Below are positions 9,701 to 17,211 of a stretch of 21,826 nt of DNA, piece by piece (the stretch's first letter is position 1; every line of letters starts with the position of its first letter). A model generated the notes under the pieces. That model was not told the DNA's origin, made no database searches, and worked only from the letters and a program-made list of their open reading frames with translations. The translations under genes were made by a program, and so were the position numbers. Origin of the DNA: Verrucomicrobiales bacterium (lineage in GTDB: Bacteria; Verrucomicrobiota; Verrucomicrobiia; Verrucomicrobiales; V1-33); the NCBI GenBank assembly GCA_031411295.1, contig JANOAV010000076.1, positions 1 to 21,826 on the forward strand. The letters are read 5' to 3'.

Positions 9701-10214
9701 CCACCTGATGTATCCTCAAGTCTTTGCCGAGTTCCAGAAATTCCGCAAAGCCCACAGCGATGTCAGCGTGCTCCCAACCCCCGCTTTCTTCTATGGCTTG
9801 CGGGATAAGGAAGAAATCACCATCACGCTGGAAGCCGGTAAAACGCTCTTCGCGCATCTCCTGAACCTGAACGCCCCGGACGCGAGCGGTCTGCGCACCG
9901 CCATCTTCGATCTCAACGGCTACCCACGCCACGTCCAAGTCCAGGACAAGAGCATCAAGAGCACGACTGTCGCCAAGCCCAAAGCAGACCCCGCCGATCC
10001 CCTCCAAGTAGGCGCCCCCATGCCCGGCATGGTCGCCAGCGTAGCCGTTAGCGTAGGCCACAAGGTAAAAGAAGGCGATCCACTCCTAACCCTGGAAGCC
10101 ATGAAAATGTTCACTACCGTGACCAGCCCCGTTGACGGCACCGTTCAGGAACTGGTCGTGGCTGTGGGGAACACCGTGGAGAGCAAGGATTTGATGGTGC
10201 GGCTGGCGAAGTAA
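6705..10214 (+). CDS. pyc: Pyruvate carboxylase (single chain, BC-CT-BCCP)
   Basis: Biotin carboxylase motifs ANRSEIA, GGGGRGMR, ERDCSVQRRHQK; carboxyltransferase RDAHQSLLATR, EMWGGATFD, HTHDT; biotinylation site EAMKM. Start placed at ATG 6705 (MPVKKS). Confidence 0.97.
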   Translation: MPVKKSAASTATVNGIRPIKKLMVANRSEIAIRVMRAATELGIRTVAIYANEDRFCPHRFKADEAYQLNPEKGPLGAYLDIEGIVTLAKEKGVDAIHPGYGFLSENPQFAAACEREGIIFIGPTPTVLDSMGDKTAARAVAEKLKVPTLQGTPEALEDPVEAMVAAKKIGFPLIIKAAFGGGGRGMRVVQKEEDLAQLMEDATTEAKRAFGNGAVFLERFVGKAKHIEVQILADKHGHVLHLHERDCSVQRRHQKVIEQAPSFGIDQKIIDDLCASAVEIAKAVNYTHAGTVEYLVDVERGDWFFIEMNPRIQVEHTVTEEVTGIDIVRSQILIAQGYQLHEEPLGLPAQDKIEKSGFAIQCRVTTEDPANNFTPDFGKILTYRSAGGFGVRLDGALGTQNAVITPYYDSMLVKVTTFGRTYEQSLNRMDRALREFRIRGVKTNIPFLENVIANPIFRAGEATTRFIDTNPQLFQFENRKDRATKLLSYLAEVTVNGNPNAKGYKPEKALLPAPRVAWDHKAVPARGTKQLLDELGPEKFAEWVGKEKRLLLTDTTFRDAHQSLLATRVRSYDMLAVADAVSRRASQLFSLEMWGGATFDTTMRFLRECPWERLRQLRERVPNICFQMLFRGSNAVGYTNYPDNVVRGFIKHSAQNGMDIFRIFDSLNYLPNLTEAMAAVREETKSICEGTICYTGDILDPKRDKYSLKYYVTLAKELKKMGAHMLCIKDMAGLCRPFAAKKLVETLKKEVGLPIHFHTHDTSGINASSILSASEAGVDICDAAISSMSGCTSQPNLNSIVAALQHTERDTGLDSDALQEFSDYWAHVRSFYKPFDTAEPYGTAEVYLHEMPGGQYTNLKEQAESMGIGHRWPEIARMYAEVNLLFGDIVKVTPSSKVVGDMCMFMITRGVKPGDARSYLDSIPAGTSFPESVIDMLQGGLGQPMGGWPADVQKIILGKREPYTNRPGERAEKVDLEVTRTAVAKSLGVKEATDDDLYSHLMYPQVFAEFQKFRKAHSDVSVLPTPAFFYGLRDKEEITITLEAGKTLFAHLLNLNAPDASGLRTAIFDLNGYPRHVQVQDKSIKSTTVAKPKADPADPLQVGAPMPGMVASVAVSVGHKVKEGDPLLTLEAMKMFTTVTSPVDGTVQELVVAVGNTVESKDLMVRLAK

Positions 10215-10215
10215 A

Positions 10216-10241
10216 GTGGCGGGGGCTTGCAGCCCCCAAGC
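10216..10241 (+). repeat. REP-like palindrome immediately after the pyc stop
   Basis: GTGG-C-GGGGGCT-tgc-AGCCCCC-aagc. Its 3' part (cccccaagc, 10233-10241) has an inverted partner gcttggggg at 10643-10651, just after the AbrB gene. Confidence 0.6.
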
Positions 10242-10328
10242 CCAGGAACACGCAAATCATACCCGAAGGCCTTTATCTTCCCGCACGGTTTCCGTCGATT
10301 CCGTGGGACACGTGTTCGCAAGCTCAGC

Positions 10329-10356
10329 TTGCCATTCTCTGGGATGCGGGTATAAT
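10329..10356 (+). promoter_or_regulatory. Sigma70 promoter, leaderless geometry
   Basis: TTGCCA-16 nt-TATAAT-6 nt-ATG(10363); no Shine-Dalgarno motif. Confidence 0.7.
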
Positions 10357-10362
10357 TCTAGT

Positions 10363-10638
10363 ATGACAGCAAGTCTTACGATAGACCCGAAGGGTGGGAT
10401 TTCTCTCCCACCGGCTTTTCTGCAGAAATTTCACTTAAAGCCTGGAGCAACGCTCGTGGCTGATTTGGGTGAAGATGGCTTGGAACTGCGCCCAGCGCCT
10501 GAGGCCAACTCCGCACTGGTGGTGGATCGTGATGGTTTCTTGGTGTTCACGGGAACGGAGCCCTTCGATGCGGTAGAGGCGATAGCAGCCGCCCGGGCGA
10601 ATCGCGATCAAATTTTGGCTGAACCACAGGTGCAATGA
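10363..10638 (+). CDS. AbrB/MazE/SpoVT-family DNA-binding protein (orphan antitoxin-like)
   Basis: MTASLTIDPKGGISLPPAFLQKFHLKPGATL AbrB-like fold. 91 aa with its own promoter; no toxin ORF follows. Confidence 0.8.
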   Translation: MTASLTIDPKGGISLPPAFLQKFHLKPGATLVADLGEDGLELRPAPEANSALVVDRDGFLVFTGTEPFDAVEAIAAARANRDQILAEPQVQ

Positions 10639-10684
10639 CCGAGCTTGGGGGTGCTGCTTCAGGCACAGGACGCTATTGCCGCCC

Positions 10685-10773
10685 AGTCCCGTGGACGGCA
10701 CCGTGCAGGAACTGGTCGTTGCCGTGGGAAATACCGTGGAGAGCAAAGATCTGAGGTGCGGCTGGTGAAGTAG
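10685..10773 (+). pseudogene. Second, recoded copy of the pyc 3' end (last 29 codons plus stop)
   Basis: 78/90 nt identical to 10125-10214: 9 synonymous changes, TAA to TAG, one A to V, and a 1-nt deletion in the ATG codon. Reads SPVDGTVQELVVAVGNTVESKDL-x-VRLVK*. Confidence 0.95.
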
Positions 10774-10774
10774 C

Positions 10775-10854
10775 AGGTGGTCCGCACAGTCCCCTGTGCA
10801 GTTCAATGGCTGGTCATGCATGATTAACCGCACAGAGGACTGTGAGGTCCACCT
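10775..10854. repeat. REPIN-like element (two inverted GTGG-led palindromes)
   Basis: Left arm aggtggtccgcacagtcccctgtgcagttcaat versus reverse complement of the right arm aggtggacctcacagtcctctgtgcggtt-aat (28/33). Each arm has an internal hairpin (GCACAG-tccc-CTGTGC). Confidence 0.8.
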
Positions 10855-10908
10855 TCTCCCGTGGACGGCACCGTCCAAGAACTGATCGTAGCCGTGGGAA
10901 AGACAGTC
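10855..10908 (+). pseudogene. Third, partial recoded copy of the pyc 3' end
   Basis: tct ccc gtg gac ggc acc gtc caa gaa ctg atc gta gcc gtg gga aag aca gtc = SPVDGTVQELIVAVGKTV. 16/18 aa identical to Pyc, with mostly third-position changes. Confidence 0.9.
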
Positions 10909-10950
10909 CGCACGGCGTGTTGAACCAGCATATTCCTGCGCAGCCCTTGC

Positions 10951-11047
10951 TCCCGGCTGAGGACAGCCGGGACACTGTCTAAACAACGTGTGCCGACTGT
11001 TCTCAGTCGGCAGCGCCCCGCCGCAGTCCAGTGGACTGCGGTCACAC
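10951..11047. repeat. Cluster of three GTGT-led REP-like palindromes
   Basis: tcccggctg-agga-cagccggga-cac (10951-10975, minus), gtg-tgccgactg-ttct-cagtcggca (10988-11012, plus), ccgcagtcc-agt-ggactgcgg-tcacac (11021-11047, minus). Confidence 0.75.
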
Positions 11048-11173
11048 TCGATTTCGGTTTCGTGGGGCCTGATGGTAAAAAGCATTCGATTCTGCGCGGA
11101 ACCACGTTTATCTGGCGGTGATTACTGCTGAATCTCATTATCCACTTCCACATCTGCTTAGTTTAACTTTTTC

Positions 11174-12454
11174 ATGGCTCGTTGTTCCCGCATTGGTTTG
11201 TATGGCGATTTTTGGGTGCGTGCGATGCGATGGTATGCGCGGCACACGCCAGCGGCACTGGAACCGTTTATGGTTGGAAGTTTCACGTTCGTCACCTGGG
11301 TCTTGGCTCCAGCGCAACGACGGGCGATACAGCGGAATCTGCAGGTGCTGCTCCCCGGATCATGGCGGATCGCCAATATTGGACGTTCCCTGCGGGTGTT
11401 CTGGAATTTTGCCTGTAGCTTGACGGATGCCACTCATGCCTTGGAAGGACGGGATCAACTGGATTGGGAAATTGAAGGGATGGAGGATTTCGCAGTGCTA
11501 CAGGCTGCGCCCGGGGGCGTCATTATCCTGACGGCTCACATGGGGAATTACGATATTGCGGCACCGGTCTTTGCGGAGAAATTCGGCAAGAAGCTGCATG
11601 CGGTGCGTTTGCCGGAGAAACATGAACAAATGCAGGAATTCATGGAGTCCACGCGGGATCAACTCCAGTCCACCGGCTTCCAAATTCACTACAATCGTCC
11701 CGGCAGCATGCTGGCGGTGGAACTGGCGCAGGCGATCCATCGACATGAAGCGGTGGCCATTCAAGGGGATCGGGTGCTGGGGGAGGTGGCTGCGATCTCC
11801 TGTCCGTTCGATGCGGAGCATGCCATCCGGGTGCCCAAAGGGCCGTTCATTCTCTCGTTGGCCACGCGGGCGGTGATGTTTCCCTTGTTCATCGTTCGGG
11901 TGGGGTGGCGCAGATACCGCGTGGTGGTGCGGGCCCCGTTGCCGGTCCCCACGGATCCACGCAATCGCGAGGCGGCCTTGGATGAACTGGCAGGACATTG
12001 GGTGCAAACGCTGGCTTCCGTGGCCCGTGCGCATTGGTATCAATGGTTCGTGCTGGAGGATGCCTTTGTGAAGCAGGCTGCGCCCGCCAGCCTAGTGGCC
12101 GGGGTGGTAGCAGTCCCCGCACCGCCCGCCCGCCCGGTGGTGCGCATGCCTTCGCCCAAGGTGGTATGCCCCCGCTGGGAAACCGCCTGGGGGAGTGTGC
12201 TTACGACGACCGGGTATACGGTGGGCGTATGGCATCTGCTCCGCCACGGACTGGGCTGGCCAAGCGCGGTGAGCGGGGGCTTACTCTGGCCACTATTGAT
12301 GGGGCTGACGCTGGCCCTAACGCCGATTAATTTCCTCATCCAATCGTTGCTATTTAAACTGGGACTCCTGCGCAAGATGTCCTCGCAACGATTCCAGGGA
12401 CTGTTCCATTATGCCCTGAGCGCGACCATCCTTTACTACTGCTGGAAAGCATGA
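11174..12454 (+). CDS. Lysophospholipid/LpxL-like acyltransferase with a C-terminal membrane extension
   Basis: HxxxxD motif TAHMGNYD, AIQGDR and PKGPFILSL. A Pro-rich linker precedes 2-3 hydrophobic segments. Confidence 0.8.
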   Translation: MARCSRIGLYGDFWVRAMRWYARHTPAALEPFMVGSFTFVTWVLAPAQRRAIQRNLQVLLPGSWRIANIGRSLRVFWNFACSLTDATHALEGRDQLDWEIEGMEDFAVLQAAPGGVIILTAHMGNYDIAAPVFAEKFGKKLHAVRLPEKHEQMQEFMESTRDQLQSTGFQIHYNRPGSMLAVELAQAIHRHEAVAIQGDRVLGEVAAISCPFDAEHAIRVPKGPFILSLATRAVMFPLFIVRVGWRRYRVVVRAPLPVPTDPRNREAALDELAGHWVQTLASVARAHWYQWFVLEDAFVKQAAPASLVAGVVAVPAPPARPVVRMPSPKVVCPRWETAWGSVLTTTGYTVGVWHLLRHGLGWPSAVSGGLLWPLLMGLTLALTPINFLIQSLLFKLGLLRKMSSQRFQGLFHYALSATILYYCWKA

Positions 12455-13188
12455 TGCGAAAATTTCTCATCACTTACAATTTACTGAGCCCACTCGCAGG
12501 GCTTGCGCTGGTGCTTGGGGGACACGGTTGGTGGGCGCTAACAATGGTCTTTGTTGGACACATGCTTTGGCTCTGGGCCACCTTGAGTCCCAGCTGCACT
12601 TGGTTCGGCCCGCTGCGCACCACCAGCGGAAATGATGCTGTCATCCTGACGTTCGACGACGGTCCGCATCCCGAACACACGCCCTGGGTGTTGGATCACT
12701 TGGCAGAGTTGGATTTGAAGGCGATTTTCTTTCTGATAGGAAATCGTGCCGCGGCCCATCCAGAGCTGGTCCGACGCATCATAGCTGAAGGCCACGTGGT
12801 GGGAAATCACACTCAAACCCATCCGCAAACGAAGTTCTGGCGGCTGGGAACGACCGCCTTGAGTCAAGAGATCGGAGTTGCGCAGCAAACCCTGGGCGAA
12901 CTCGGCGGCAAGGTCCCGACCCTGTTCCGCTCCCCGGTGGGGCATCATAGTTTCTGGCTCTGGCCAGTGCTCCGGCAGCATCAACTGCAGCTTATGGGTT
13001 GGTCCGCCCGGGGGTTCGATGGGGTGTCCACCGAACCGCAGGAGATTCTGGCGCGCTTGCTGCCTAACCTCCAAGCGGGCGCGATTATTCTGCTGCATGA
13101 CGATCGGCCCAGTATTCGGGAAACGCTGCCGTCCGTCTTGGCGGCCTTGCAGGGGAGGGGATTGCGTGTTGGGTTGCCTGAACTATGA
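12451..13188 (+). CDS. Polysaccharide deacetylase (NodB/CE4) with N-terminal membrane segment
   Basis: TFDDGP, GNHTQTH, FRSPVG, ILLHD motifs. ATGA-coupled to the upstream gene. Confidence 0.92.
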   Translation: MMRKFLITYNLLSPLAGLALVLGGHGWWALTMVFVGHMLWLWATLSPSCTWFGPLRTTSGNDAVILTFDDGPHPEHTPWVLDHLAELDLKAIFFLIGNRAAAHPELVRRIIAEGHVVGNHTQTHPQTKFWRLGTTALSQEIGVAQQTLGELGGKVPTLFRSPVGHHSFWLWPVLRQHQLQLMGWSARGFDGVSTEPQEILARLLPNLQAGAIILLHDDRPSIRETLPSVLAALQGRGLRVGLPEL

Positions 13189-14474
13189 AAATCGTCCACC
13201 TGACCCCCGGCACCGGCAACTTCCACTGCGGAAGTTGCCATCGCGATAACCATTTGGTGAAAGCCCTGCGGCAACTGGGGCATGATGTCATCATGGTGCC
13301 ACTCTATCTACCACTGGTAACGGATGGTGCCGCTGCGAGCGGGGACACGCCGATGTTTGTCGGCGGGATCAATCTCTTCCTCCAGCAGAAGCTCCCTTGG
13401 TTCCGCAAGACGCCACGATGGTTGGACAAGCTGCTGGATGCGCCCGCCCTGCTCAAGGCCGCCGTGAAGCGCGCCCACATGACCAGTGCGAAGGATTTGG
13501 GCGAAATGACTCTCGCCAGCCTCCAGGGAACCTTGGGACCACAGGCCAAGGAATGGCAACGATTGCTCACTTGGGTGCAGGACGAGCACCCAGACTTGAT
13601 CTCGCTCTCCAACGGCCTGCTCAACGGCCTGGCTCCCACCATTCAAAGAGATCTGGGCGTGCCGGTCGTTTGTAGTTTGCAGGGCGAGGATTCGTTTCTG
13701 GATGCGCTGCCGGAGCCGTATCGGGCGCAGAGTTGGCAAGCCATGCGGGATAACTCATCCGCCGTGGCGCAATACGTGGCAACGAGCCTGTGGTATGCCC
13801 GTCAGATGCAGGCACGGCTCCAGTTAGGGGATGACAAAATTTCCTGTGTGCCGAATGGATTGGATCTGAGCGCCTATGCCCCGGCAGCGCAGCCACCGGC
13901 CCAGCCGACGATTGGCTTCCTGGCGCGATTGATTGCCGGGAAAGGCTTGGGGGATCTGGTCAGTGCCTACATTGCGCTGAAGCAACGGCCGGGACACGAG
14001 ACGCTGCAACTAGCACTGGGCGGAACGATGACCGATGGCGATCAGCCTTTCATTAAACAACAACAGCAGAAGTTGGTGGAGGCCGGGCTCACTGATTCGG
14101 TGCGCTGGTGCCCGAATCTTTCGGCGGAGGAGAAAATTCAATTTCTCCAAAGTCTGACGGTGCTCAGCGTGCCTGCCACGTATGGCGAAGCGTTCGGACT
14201 CTATGTCTTGGAGGCCTTGGCATGCGGGGTTCCCGTGGTGGAGCCAGATCACGCCGGGGTGGGGGAATTAGTTAGAGCGACGGGTGGGGGAGTGGTCTAT
14301 GATCTGGCGACTCCGGACGGCTTGGTTCTGGGATTGGAATCGCTGCTGGGAAATGCGGACCTGCGACAGCAGTTAGCGACAGCGGGACGGGACTGCGTGC
14401 TCACGAAATACAGCGCCGCCGCCATGGCACAGTGCTATGCAACGGTGTGTCAGCAAGCGCTGCAAGCACGGTAG
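13185..14474 (+). CDS. Glycosyltransferase family 4 (GT-B)
   Basis: VPNGLD, GFLARLIAGKG, EAFGLYVLEALACGVPVV (EX7E). ATGA-coupled. Confidence 0.92.
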   Translation: MKIVHLTPGTGNFHCGSCHRDNHLVKALRQLGHDVIMVPLYLPLVTDGAAASGDTPMFVGGINLFLQQKLPWFRKTPRWLDKLLDAPALLKAAVKRAHMTSAKDLGEMTLASLQGTLGPQAKEWQRLLTWVQDEHPDLISLSNGLLNGLAPTIQRDLGVPVVCSLQGEDSFLDALPEPYRAQSWQAMRDNSSAVAQYVATSLWYARQMQARLQLGDDKISCVPNGLDLSAYAPAAQPPAQPTIGFLARLIAGKGLGDLVSAYIALKQRPGHETLQLALGGTMTDGDQPFIKQQQQKLVEAGLTDSVRWCPNLSAEEKIQFLQSLTVLSVPATYGEAFGLYVLEALACGVPVVEPDHAGVGELVRATGGGVVYDLATPDGLVLGLESLLGNADLRQQLATAGRDCVLTKYSAAAMAQCYATVCQQALQAR

Positions 14475-14501
14475 TTAGGGGCTTTAGCTCTTACGGTGGC
14501 G

Positions 14502-16898
14502 TTAGTAAAATTTCACGAGACCGGATTTCCAGAGGCCTTTGAGTTCGAGGATGGATTCATCGACTAGCACTTTTCCGTGGCCGGTGATTTTCAGATTACC
14601 GTGCACTGCGGTGGCATGACCCAGCACCTGCAGGCCGGGGAGCGCCTGCTGGGCAGCGGTGAGGTTGGCGGGGGAGACCTCGATTAGGAAGCGACCAGGG
14701 CTTTCGCTAAAGAGGAATTCATCCGAGCCCAACTGCTCCGGAATCACCAACTCCAAGCCGCCTTTGAGCGAGAAGGCCATTTCCGCAGCGCTCACAGCCA
14801 AGCCACCTTCGCTGACGTCGTGGGTGCTGAGGATGAGTCCAGCTTTCACGGCGGCATGATAGGCACGATATCTCGTTAGGTTAGCGGCCGCATCTGTCGA
14901 TGGTGCAGGCTGGCCCTTGAGGTTATGAACGCGGGCATAGACGCTGCCGCCGAGTTCAGGTGTCGTTTCACCAAGTAAACAAATCACACTGTCCGCCTTC
15001 CGCAAGCTGCTGCCGATGATGTGCTCCGCCTTTTCCACGATGCCCATGCCGCTTACGAGTGCGGTCACGGGAATGCTCACGGGACCGTCATCGGTCAGGA
15101 AGTAATTGTAGAAACTGTCCTTACCACTAACGAACGGAGCACCATAAATTTCCGCCACTTCGCACATACCCTTGACGCTTTCCACCAAGGCTCCGAGTTC
15201 GGTTTGGTCATCTGGATTGCCCATGCAGAAGTTGTCGAGAATCGCGATTTGATCGGGATCTGCCCCGACCGCCACGAGTTGGCGGAAACATTCGTCCGTC
15301 ACGGCGGCACCCATTTCGTAAGGTGCCGTTTTGCCCCATTCTGGGAGGAGGGAACAAGCAATCGCCACGAGGTGAGGGGACCCGTCCACGCGAACCACCG
15401 ACCCGTCTTGCGGGGCATCGCCTGTGGCACCGGCCAGCGGAGTGAGCAAGGTGTTCCCTTGCACTTGATGATCGTATTCCCGAATCACGGGCTCGCGACT
15501 AACGATGGCGAAATCTTGCAGCAGCAATTTCAAGCTGGTGGTCAGCGCCATAGGGTCGGCCACCTTGGCCTGGGGGATCGCGACCACTGGGGGAGTGTTC
15601 CAGGTGCTGGTCCGATGCTGGCGCGGAGCTTCGTGCAGGCGCTGACAATCCAGTTCGCAAACCAACTGTCCGTCGTGCCAGATTTTCAGAATGCCGGTGC
15701 CATCCGAATGCCCGAGCACGACCATTTCGGTTTGGTATTTATCCGCCAACGCTTGGAGCTTGGGTAGATTATCCTCGGTGGCCGCCAGCACCATGCGCTC
15801 CTGACTTTCACTGAGGAAAATTTCCCAACTAATAAGCCCGGGCTCTTTCAAGGGAGCGCGCTCCAGGAAAAGCTCGCCACCGGTCTCGCTCAACATTTCT
15901 CCGGCCGCACTGGAGAATCCGCCAGCTCCACAGTCGGTAATAAATACGATCAGTCCCTGCTCCCGGGCTTCCAGAATGAAATCGAGCACCTTCTTTTCTT
16001 CAATCGGATTCCCAATCTGCACTGCGCTCTTGTCTTCCTCATGGGAATCCGCTGTGAGGCTCGCGCTGGAGAAGGTGGCTCCCTTCAAGCCGTCGCGTCC
16101 GGTGCGACCACCCACGGCCACAATTTGCAAATTAGCCAGCATTTCCTTGGGGATGTCCTTGCTGGGGATCACGCCTGCGGTGCCACAGAAGACAAGGGGA
16201 TTGTAAATGTAGGTATCGTCAAACTGGATCGCGCCATTGACGGTAGGAATGCCCATGCGATTCCCGTAATCTCTTACGCCACGGACCACACCACGCATGA
16301 TTCCCAGCGGATGGATCACGTCTTTGGCCTTCAATTTCTCCCGTGGCGTGTCGGGCGCTCCGAAACAAAAAACGTCCAGATTCGCAATCGGCTTGGCCCC
16401 AAGACCAGCACCCAAAATGTCCCGAATTACGCCGCCCAAGCCGGTATTGGCTCCCGCGTAGGGCTCGATGGCGCTGGGGTGATTGTGCGTTTCGACCTTG
16501 AGACAAACGGCATTCGTTTCGTCCAGTTTGATAAATCCGGCATTATCAACGAACGCGCTCAAAACAAATCCTGGCTTCTGCGCCATGATACGCTCTGCGG
16601 AAGCCCGGATGTAGCTCTTAAACAGGCCGTCAACCGTCTCGGTTTTGCCGTTGAGCGTGTGCTCGATCTGCGATCCAAAGATCCGGTGCTTACAATGTTC
16701 CGACCAAGTCTGCGCGATGACTTCCAGTTCGACGTCCGTGGGCTCACGATCCTTTTCAACGAAATATTCCTGCACCGCCACCATATCCTCCCGGGAGAGC
16801 GAGAGTTTCTTGTCTTTGCTGAGTTTTTCCAGCGCTTCAGGCGCCAGATCACGAATGGGAACGCGGACGAATAGGACAGATGGTGTGGAGGAGGACAT
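14502..16898 (-). CDS. purL: Phosphoribosylformylglycinamidine synthase subunit PurL (small-type, no fused glutaminase)
   Basis: WSEHCKH, KVETHNHPSAIEPYAGANTGLGGVIRD, DCGAGG, SESQERM, VSGKDSFYN, HDVSEGGL. Confidence 0.97.
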   Translation of the reverse strand: MSSSTPSVLFVRVPIRDLAPEALEKLSKDKKLSLSREDMVAVQEYFVEKDREPTDVELEVIAQTWSEHCKHRIFGSQIEHTLNGKTETVDGLFKSYIRASAERIMAQKPGFVLSAFVDNAGFIKLDETNAVCLKVETHNHPSAIEPYAGANTGLGGVIRDILGAGLGAKPIANLDVFCFGAPDTPREKLKAKDVIHPLGIMRGVVRGVRDYGNRMGIPTVNGAIQFDDTYIYNPLVFCGTAGVIPSKDIPKEMLANLQIVAVGGRTGRDGLKGATFSSASLTADSHEEDKSAVQIGNPIEEKKVLDFILEAREQGLIVFITDCGAGGFSSAAGEMLSETGGELFLERAPLKEPGLISWEIFLSESQERMVLAATEDNLPKLQALADKYQTEMVVLGHSDGTGILKIWHDGQLVCELDCQRLHEAPRQHRTSTWNTPPVVAIPQAKVADPMALTTSLKLLLQDFAIVSREPVIREYDHQVQGNTLLTPLAGATGDAPQDGSVVRVDGSPHLVAIACSLLPEWGKTAPYEMGAAVTDECFRQLVAVGADPDQIAILDNFCMGNPDDQTELGALVESVKGMCEVAEIYGAPFVSGKDSFYNYFLTDDGPVSIPVTALVSGMGIVEKAEHIIGSSLRKADSVICLLGETTPELGGSVYARVHNLKGQPAPSTDAAANLTRYRAYHAAVKAGLILSTHDVSEGGLAVSAAEMAFSLKGGLELVIPEQLGSDEFLFSESPGRFLIEVSPANLTAAQQALPGLQVLGHATAVHGNLKITGHGKVLVDESILELKGLWKSGLVKFY

Positions 16899-16904
16899 GT
16901 CCCG

Positions 16905-16932
16905 AAAGTGACCGCCTCAAGCACGGGGTCAA
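16905..16932 (-). promoter_or_regulatory. Putative leaderless promoter of purL
   Basis: TTGACC-16 nt-CACTTT-6 nt-ATG on the minus strand. Confidence 0.45.
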
Positions 16933-17211
16933 GAGCGAATCTCAAACCACGTGGACTTTCAGATGTAAATCCAACGCAACAAACGCTCCAATGGAGCAAG
17001 TCCTGCGGATCACAGAATGCAGCCAACCCACCAAATCCTCAAGGGGGAGCACACCCTTGGGGTAAATCCACCCTTTCCATAACTTCACACAATATATGTC
17101 ATGTAAAATCGAATCAGGGGAAATTGGCCTGGCTTGGTCTTGTTTGGATGACTTGAGATTCGGGACCTGACTCTGGCTCAACCAGTCGAGTTGCTAAGTT
17201 TTACCGTGCAA

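Noticed and set aside
8931..10061. 376-aa antisense ORF and similar long overlapping ORFs (15021-15767, 16041-16874, 10435-11085)
   Set aside because: Shadow ORFs of GC-rich coding or repeat sequence, with no motifs.
10125..10908. CRISPR array or DGR template/variable repeat explanation for the pyc repeats
   Set aside because: The repeats are long and coding-derived with unequal spacers. Differences are synonymous and not adenine-specific. No cas or reverse transcriptase gene is present.
11050..11121. Protein-like fragment DFGFVGPDGKKHSILRGTTFIWR*
   Set aside because: Could be an orphan gene tail, but it is too short to assign without a search.
16933..17211. Purine/ZTP/PRPP riboswitch upstream of purL
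   Set aside because: Only one modest hairpin (about 17037-17072) and no recognisable aptamer motifs. A promoter-like motif abuts the ATG.
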